64,000 nucleotides of DNA from an uncultured delta proteobacterium (GTDB lineage: Bacteria > Myxococcota_A > Polyangia > Polyangiales > Polyangiaceae): NCBI GenBank assembly GCA_963716725.1, contig CAVQUB010000005.1, positions 160,001-224,000 on the forward strand, read 5' to 3'. A program made the position numbers and the translations under genes. Position 1 is the stretch's first letter. Each line of letters starts with the position of its first letter. Positions 57,613 through 64,000 of the stretch are shown piece by piece. The notes beneath the pieces were generated by a model. That model ran no database searches. It was not told the DNA's origin and saw nothing but the letters and a program-made list of their open reading frames with translations.

Positions 57613-57641
57613 ATCCCGTGCCGCGGCCGCTCGCTTTTTTC

Positions 57642-57656
57642 CCGACAGGCTCCTAG
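57642..57656. mobile_element. Possible orphan IS end (IS5/IS1182-like) with CTAG
   Basis: CCGACAGGCTCCTAG resembles such termini from memory; no partner end confirmed. Confidence 0.35.
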
Positions 57657-57661
57657 TACAC

Positions 57662-58216
57662 TCACAGACCCTCTGGGTGAGCGGAGAGCCAAGCGGACCA
57701 TCGGTGGCGCAGCTCCGCCACTCGCGCTCGGCTGGCGAGAAAAAGGTCGGCTCCTCCGTCGTAGGGCGCGTAGACCTCGCCCGAACGAGGGTTGTAAAGC
57801 GCAACCGACGGCAGGCGATCGTCAGCAATGTCGCGAATCAGATCGTCCCAGTGGCCTGCGGACCAGAGCGCTGGGCTCGCGCTGACCGCTAGCGGTCCGT
57901 CCGTGGCGTCTGGGTTCGCGACCACGATTTCGGAAAAGGAAAGCCGCCTTGCCCAGGGAAATTCCGCGAAGGACGCTGCATGGTCTTCGGGACGACCCCA
58001 GGTGCAAAGGCAGATGACCACCTGCTCCCCATCACCCAAGACCTCGACAGCGACGTCGTTGTGTCGGCGCAGCAACTCGGCGTACTCGGGCTCGGTGTTT
58101 GCGTATCGTTGCGACCCGGGCAGGCTGTGAATTCTGAGCCAGCGCTCGGGCAGTTCCCGCCGGAGGATGTGAGCTACCGCCGGAAGCTCGCCGTAGTGTT
58201 CTGTCCAGGACTTCAC
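57662..58216 (-). CDS. DUF3885-like protein
   Basis: WLRIHSLPGSQRYA...LLRRHN...APYDGGAD...WL. Confidence 0.7.
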   Translation of the reverse strand: MKSWTEHYGELPAVAHILRRELPERWLRIHSLPGSQRYANTEPEYAELLRRHNDVAVEVLGDGEQVVICLCTWGRPEDHAASFAEFPWARRLSFSEIVVANPDATDGPLAVSASPALWSAGHWDDLIRDIADDRLPSVALYNPRSGEVYAPYDGGADLFLASRARVAELRHRWSAWLSAHPEGL

Positions 58217-58319
58217 CTTCAGCTGCCCGCGAGCGTTAGCGTTTGACCTCGACGCTATCCGAGGGGTCAGGGTTGCTGCAAGACGCCGGCGATGAGCGCC
58301 TTGAATTCGAACTGGTGAG

Positions 58320-58665
58320 CAGGCAGTTCGTCGCCGGCACGCCCGTCGGGGACCCTTCGCTGGTGTTGCTGCCTGCTATCCAGAAGCACCTCACGGACTA
58401 CCTGATCCCGACTTCGAGCGCGTGGACGGCAAATTGGATCGTGATCGCCGCTCCCAGCGGGACGAAACTGACCTTCGATGGCGCGCCGCCCAGCGGGTGC
58501 AGCGTGGAGCCCGCCGGGACGCTCGGCGGAAAGGCGTACGAGTCCGTCCGGTGCGCCGTTGGCTCCGGCGTGCACCGGCTGAAGGGCGACCAACCCTTCG
58601 GGGTGACAGTCTACGGGTACGGCACGAGCAGCTCCTACGCGTTCGTCGGCGGCGCCGCGCGCTAG
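58320..58665 (+). pseudogene. 3' remnant of an IgGFc-binding-protein-like domain gene
   Basis: GDPSL...Y...GVHRL..DQPFGVTVYGY...SYAFVGG; no 5' part. Confidence 0.65.
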
Positions 58666-58680
58666 AAAGCGCGCCACGTT

Positions 58681-59970
58681 TCAGGCTGCGCCGTTCAGGG
58701 CGGCGACGCGTTCGTGCTTCGGTGGGCTCGGCACTCCCTGCGCGCGCGTCTGATACACTCGATTCAAGAAACGCTCGACGCCTTCGATCACGCGCACGCT
58801 GCGCGGCGAATAGAATATATCGAAGGCGTGCTGGGCGCCGGGCAGCTCTGCGTAGGCCACTGCGGCTCCGGATCGCTCGCGCAGCAGTTGCACGAACGCT
58901 CGGGCGTATTGTACTGGCGCCAGGGTATCCCGGTCGCCGTGGATCACGAAGAAGGGCGGCGCGTCCTCGCGCACGTGGTCCAGAGGAGAAGCGTCGTGGA
59001 ACCTGCTCGGCTCCTCCGTCAGTTTCGCCTTCATCACCAGGGGCTCGAGCAGCATCGACAAGAACCCCGGGGGATACAGCTTCAGCCGATCAACAAAGCA
59101 ATACACCCCATAAAACGGCACTGCGGCTTGCACCGACGTGTCCAGCGTTTCGAATCCAGGTTGGTACGCTGGATCATTCTGGGTCAGCGCCATCAACGCC
59201 GTCAGGTGGCCACCGGCCGAGCCGCCCGTCACCACCACGAAGTCCGGGTCGACGCCGTACTCGTCCGCATGTTCGCGGATCCACGCCAGGGCGCGTTTGA
59301 TGTCGACCAGGTGATCCGGAAATGTGGCGCCCGGGCTCAGCCGGTAATCAACGTTGAAGCCAACCCAACCATGACTCGCCAGGTGATACAAAAGCGGTAG
59401 CCCTTGATCGCGACGGCTCCCGAGCACCCAGGCGCCGCCGTGGATCTGGAGCACCGCCGGGCGCTTATCGCCTGGCGTCGCGGGCTGATACACGTCGAGC
59501 AGCAGGCGTTTCTTGCCGATCCGTGAGTACTCGACACCGCGAGATCGCTGCACGCCCCGGCGACTCATGAGCAGCGGCGTCAGCAGCTTGGTCCACGGCA
59601 CCCGCGGCCACTCTTCGAAAGGCTGGAAGTCCGAAAGCGCCCCGCGCACGACCTGCTCCGCGCGCCGTGCGCTTGCCCGGATGGCGATCAGCGTTGCCCA
59701 TGAGATCGCCGTGAGACTGAGTGCCACCCATCCTGGCCAATATTCCAGCGCGCCCAGCCAGACGAACAGCGTTGTGCTGAGCAACTGCCAGACGAACTGA
59801 TGCGCCACCATCTCGCCCACGACCAACGACGACAGAAACGCCGGAATCAACAGCAGCCGCCCGCCCTTGATCGGTCGCAAGGCGTTCAGCGTGAAGCCGG
59901 CTCCGGCCAGCGCCACAGCCAAGAACAGCCACGCCACATAGGGCGTCCATTGGTCAAACCAGGCGGGCAC
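58681..59970 (-). CDS. Membrane-anchored alpha/beta hydrolase (HSL-like esterase)
   Basis: HGGAW, GGSAGG, HGDRD, AQHAFD. Confidence 0.92.
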   Translation of the reverse strand: MPAWFDQWTPYVAWLFLAVALAGAGFTLNALRPIKGGRLLLIPAFLSSLVVGEMVAHQFVWQLLSTTLFVWLGALEYWPGWVALSLTAISWATLIAIRASARRAEQVVRGALSDFQPFEEWPRVPWTKLLTPLLMSRRGVQRSRGVEYSRIGKKRLLLDVYQPATPGDKRPAVLQIHGGAWVLGSRRDQGLPLLYHLASHGWVGFNVDYRLSPGATFPDHLVDIKRALAWIREHADEYGVDPDFVVVTGGSAGGHLTALMALTQNDPAYQPGFETLDTSVQAAVPFYGVYCFVDRLKLYPPGFLSMLLEPLVMKAKLTEEPSRFHDASPLDHVREDAPPFFVIHGDRDTLAPVQYARAFVQLLRERSGAAVAYAELPGAQHAFDIFYSPRSVRVIEGVERFLNRVYQTRAQGVPSPPKHERVAALNGAA

Positions 59971-60161
59971 GTACCTACGCCATCATGCAACCGTTCGGCG
60001 CAGTGTAAAGGGCGCCGGACTACCGCTTGCGCTTCTTGGGCTCGAACAGCAGCCACCAACGCGCACGCTTGGAGGCGGGGTTGAAGTGGAGCCAGAGGTC
60101 GTTCGTCTCTCTCTCCAGAAGCGCTTCAGTATTTGTTGGGCGCTGCCTCAGCGAGCTCAGC

Positions 60162-62075
60162 TCACCGCCGGAGCAACTCGGCCTTCTTGGCCAGTTCGAC
60201 GAACTCACGCCGACGTTCGTCGAGCTCGCCCGTGCTCGCGAGGCGCAGGACGTCGGCGTAGGTCGAGCTGCCCCTGTGCGGCGAGTCTCGGAGCAGCATG
60301 CCGAACTGGGCCACCGCGGCCGCGAAGCGGAAGTCGTTCGACTCTCTGGCGTCGGCGTCGCGGACCACCACCTCCATGAGCTGGCTCGTGTCGCTGCTTG
60401 GCGCCTTGTAGCGAAGCTTCACCGTTCCGAGTTCGCCTTTCGCCGCCTTGCCCGTGGGCGCGCCGGGGGCCTGGTACTTCAGCGGATCGACCCCGGGCAT
60501 GCCGCAGCCCTCGCCCCGCCGGCACGATCTCGTACAGCGCGGTCACGGTGTGGCCGGCGCCGATCTCGCCCGCGTCCTTCGTGTCGTCGTTGAAGTCCTG
60601 CGTGCGCCAGCACGCGGTTCTCGTAGCCGATCAGCCGGTAGCGCCGCGACCTCGCGCCGGGTTGAACTCGACCTGGATCTTCACGTCCTTGGCGATCGTG
60701 ACCAGCGTGCCGCCGACCTGCTCGACCAGCACCTTGCGCGCCTCGCTCAGCGTGTCGATGTAGGCGTAGTTGCCGTTGCCCTTGTCGGCGAGCTTCTCCA
60801 GCGTGCGCGTCCTTGTAGTTGCCCATGCCGAAGCCGAGCACGCGTGAGGAAGACGCCCGTCTTGGCGCTTCTGCTCGATCAGGCCGACCAGCTCGCTCTG
60901 GCTCGGTGACGCCGACGTTGAAGTCGCCGTCGGTGGCCAGGATCACGCGGTTGATGCCGCCCTCGACGAAGTTCTCCGCGGCGAGCTGGTAGGCCAGCTC
61001 GATGCCCTGCGCCGCCGTTGGTCGAGCCGCCCGCCTCCAGCCGGTCGAGCGCCTCGAGGATGGCCCCGCGCTCGGTCGCCGGGCGTCGGCGGCAGCACCA
61101 GCGCCGGCCGCTCCGGCGTAGACGACGATCGCGACCCGGTCGCTCGCGTCGAGCTGCTGCGACCAAGCAGCGCGAACGCCTGCTTGAGCAGCGGCAGCTT
61201 GTTCGGCGTCGTCCATCGAGCCCGAGACGTCGATCAGGAACACCAGGTTGGTGCCGGCACGCTCCGCCGGCGTCGACGTCGCTTGCCCTTGAGGCCGATG
61301 CGCACCAGCCGGTGCTCGGGCGCCCACGGGCAGCCGCCGACCTCGCGTCGTGACCGAGAAGGGACGCTCGCCCGTCGGGCTCGGGATAGTCGTAGCGGAA
61401 GTAGTTGATCATCTCCTCGATGCGCACCGCGCCCTTGGGCGGCAGCTGCCCATCCGTCAGGAAGCGCCGGACGGTCGCGTACGAGGCGGTGTCGACGTCG
61501 ATCGAGAAGGTCGAGCGCGGATCGGTGGCGACGCGAACGAAGGGGTTGTCGGAGTAGTGATCGTAGGCTTCGCGATCGAAGCGCTTGCCCTCCCCCTGCC
61601 CGTCCCCGAGCTTGCCCTTCTCGGCCGGGGCTGCTGCTGATGCGAGCGATGGGGCCACCGGCATGTCCGTCGAGTGCAGAACACTCTTCCGCTCGAGGTG
61701 ATCGATCGACGCGGATTCGGGGCTGCGCTGCTCGGCGCTCACGAAGAAGAGCGCGCCGGCCGCCGCCGCCGTCGCCGCCAGCGCGGTGAAGACCGCCGCT
61801 CGCAGGCCCCGTCGGCGCGGCTTGGCCTCGATGCGGGTGACCTTCGTGCCTCCGAGCTCTTGCCGAATGCGCTCTCGCCGCAGGTCGTCCAATGCCCGCT
61901 CTGGCCTCGCACCGAGCTCGCTCCGAATCGCATCGAGCGTGGCCTCGATGCCCGAGAGTTCGTCGCGCAGGTGCTCAGAACTCGCCAACTCGGCTTCCAG
62001 TGCCGCGCGCTCGTCGCCGACCAGCTCTCCCAGTGCGTAGGCCGTGAGCCGAGGATCTTCCGTTGCGGTGTTCAT
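60162..62075 (-). CDS. Anti-sigma-like N-terminus fused to YfbK-type VWA domain, multiply frameshifted as assembled
   Basis: [11 protein letters not shown] helix, [26 protein letters not shown] (MIDAS), [30 protein letters not shown] in changing frames. Confidence 0.85.
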
Positions 62076-62602
62076 GACGTCCTCCCGAGAGTGCGGGCCG
62101 GCAGCCCGGACTCGGCTGCGATTTCGCGCTTCATGCGCGTGACCGCCGTGTGCAAGATGAAACCCACGTTGCTGGTGGTGAGCCCCATCACTTCGGCGAT
62201 CTCCCTGTAGCTGAGCCCCGCGTCGAGCTTGAGCACGAGTGCCTCGCGCTCGCGCTCGGGCAATGACTCCAGCGCCGCGCCGATGCGGGTCATGGCTTCC
62301 TTTCGCTCGAGTTTGCTCACAGGTCCACTGTCGGGTGCTTCGTTCACGTCTGCCTCCTCCAAGCTGTGAAGGCGACGCGCTTTGCGACTCAGGTCGAACG
62401 CACGGTGCTTGCACACCGTGAACAGCCACGCGGCCAAGTGCCCCTCCACCGATTCTCGGTTTGCTCTACAGAGCTCGAGGAAGGTGTCTTGCACCACGTC
62501 CGCTGCTTGCGACTCGCCGACCAGGGTCGTTGCATAACGGAGCAGCGCGGCTTCGTACCGAGTCAGGGCATCCATCACCCACCGCGCCGCTTCGTCCTGC
62601 AT
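62072..62602 (-). CDS. ECF RNA polymerase sigma factor
   Basis: AADVVQDTFL, AWLFTV, LSYREIAEVMG; ATGA overlap with the VWA gene. Confidence 0.92.
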   Translation of the reverse strand: MQDEAARWVMDALTRYEAALLRYATTLVGESQAADVVQDTFLELCRANRESVEGHLAAWLFTVCKHRAFDLSRKARRLHSLEEADVNEAPDSGPVSKLERKEAMTRIGAALESLPEREREALVLKLDAGLSYREIAEVMGLTTSNVGFILHTAVTRMKREIAAESGLPARTLGRTS

Positions 62603-62762
62603 CGCCTTCGAGTGGACAACGTGGCCGTCGGGGGTTTCTTAGAAGATTTTTTCTCTCCACCGAAGCCCCGAGAAATGCAGGACTTTTCCCGGTGAGTGGG
62701 GGCGCGGGGTTTCGGGAGCCGCTCGCCGGCCCCAGGTGGGGCAGTCTCGACGGAGGTCACGG

Positions 62763-64000
62763 GTGGATCACAGCGACGATCGCGACGCGCTCGCCGAGCG
62801 CTTTCTTCGGGTGCGAACCGGCACCGAAGCGCTTGCTTTGCCCTTGTCCGCGGAAGACCAGCAGCTGCAGTCCATGCCAGATGCGAGCCCGACCAAGTGG
62901 CATCGTGCCCACACCAGCTGGTTCTTCGAGGAGTTCCTGCTCGGACCAGCGGGAGTGCCCCCCATCGACGAGCATTGTCGCTACCTCTTCAACTCTTACT
63001 ATGACGCGGTCGGTCCACGTCATGCGCGTCCTCGGCGTGGGATCCTGTCTCGGCCCAGCGCCGACGAGATCACGGCGTATCGGCGCGCCGTGGACGGCCG
63101 CATGGTCGAGCTGTTGCGAGGCCTCGACGAGGGGCGGCTGGAAGAGATCCGGCCCTTGGTCGCCCTCGGGCTCGCGCACGAGGAGCAACACCAAGAGCTG
63201 ATCCTGACCGACATCCTGCACGCATTCTCCGAGAGCCCGCTCCTGCCGGCCGTGCGCCCTGCCGGCGAGCGACCCGAGCTCGGGCCCGAGTCGAGTCCGC
63301 CGCTCGCGTTCGTGGAGTTCGCTGGCGGGGTCGTCGAGATCGGGGCCCCGCCCGCTGCGGGGTTTCACTTCGACAACGAAGGCCCCCGGCACCGGGTCTT
63401 CCTCGAGCCCTTCGCGATCGCTTCGCGCCCCATCAGCGTGGCCGAGGTGCGGGCTTTCATCGAGGCCGGAGGCTATCGGAGGTCCGCGCTGTGGCTCTCC
63501 GAGGGCTACGAACATGCGCGCAGGCAGGACCGGGAAGCGCCCGCTTGTCTGCGCCTCGATGGGGGCCGAGCCCTGATGTTCGGAGTGGATGGCGAACGCG
63601 AGGCGCTCGATGACGAGCCGGCCTGTCACCTGAGCTACTACGAAGCGGACGCCGTCGCGCGCTTCTTGGGCGGGCGCCTGCCCACCGAGCACGAGTGGGA
63701 GCATGTGGCCGCGCGCAGCGACCCGAGTCGGGGAAATTTCCGAGAGAGCGGCGCGCTCCGCCCTCGGCCGGCCTGCGACGGGGACTTCGCGGTGCGGCAG
63801 CTCTTCGGCGACGTGTGGGAGTGGACGCGCGTCGGCCTACGCCGCGTATCCGGGCTTCCGGCCGGCGACGGGCGCCGTGGGTGAGTACAACGGCAAGTTC
63901 ATGGTCAACCAAATGGTGCTGCGCGGCGGGTCGTGTTTCACGCCCCGCGGTCACGTTCGGGTCTCGTACCGAAACTTCTGGCACCCAGGCACGTTCTTCC
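62763..64000 (+). CDS. egtB: Ergothioneine biosynthesis sulfoxide synthase (frameshift near 63831; runs off window)
   Basis: [38 protein letters not shown], then EYNGKFM...LRGGS...SYRNF in a shifted frame. Confidence 0.93.

Noticed and set aside
57650..58250. Integron cassette around the DUF3885-like gene
   Set aside because: Only an isolated GTTAGC/GCTAAC; no paired attC structure or integrase.

Overview
High-GC DNA whose gene content (MYXO-CTERM protein, myxosortase-like protease, many Gly/Cys-rich lipoproteins, Ser/Thr kinase, ECF sigma factors) points to a myxobacterium, probably Polyangia-like (inference). Housekeeping genes (psd, FadF-like Fe-S oxidoreductase, nadC-birA, pdxJ-acpS-nnr, S41 protease, egtB) alternate with accessory blocks. 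These blocks hold three toxin-antitoxin-like pairs, IS remnants, a hairpin-flanked Y1 transposase, two RlaP-like nucleotidyltransferases and orphan gene fragments. The most unusual pattern is that at three loci (CPBP protease, ECF sigma, PMT-like glycosyltransferase) a diverged orphan copy of the gene's 3' end lies 2.7-9 kb downstream and brackets accessory cargo, with no integrase or tRNA in the window. One such block contains a lipoprotein gene held out of frame by a (GCAACTC)4 repeat just after its start codon, a candidate phase-variation switch. Two PMT-family glycosyltransferases flank Ser/Thr-rich exported proteins, a candidate protein O-glycosylation locus. Frameshifts at ~55449, 60480-61380 and ~63831 look like consensus errors. 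All family calls come from motifs recognised by eye, not from database searches.
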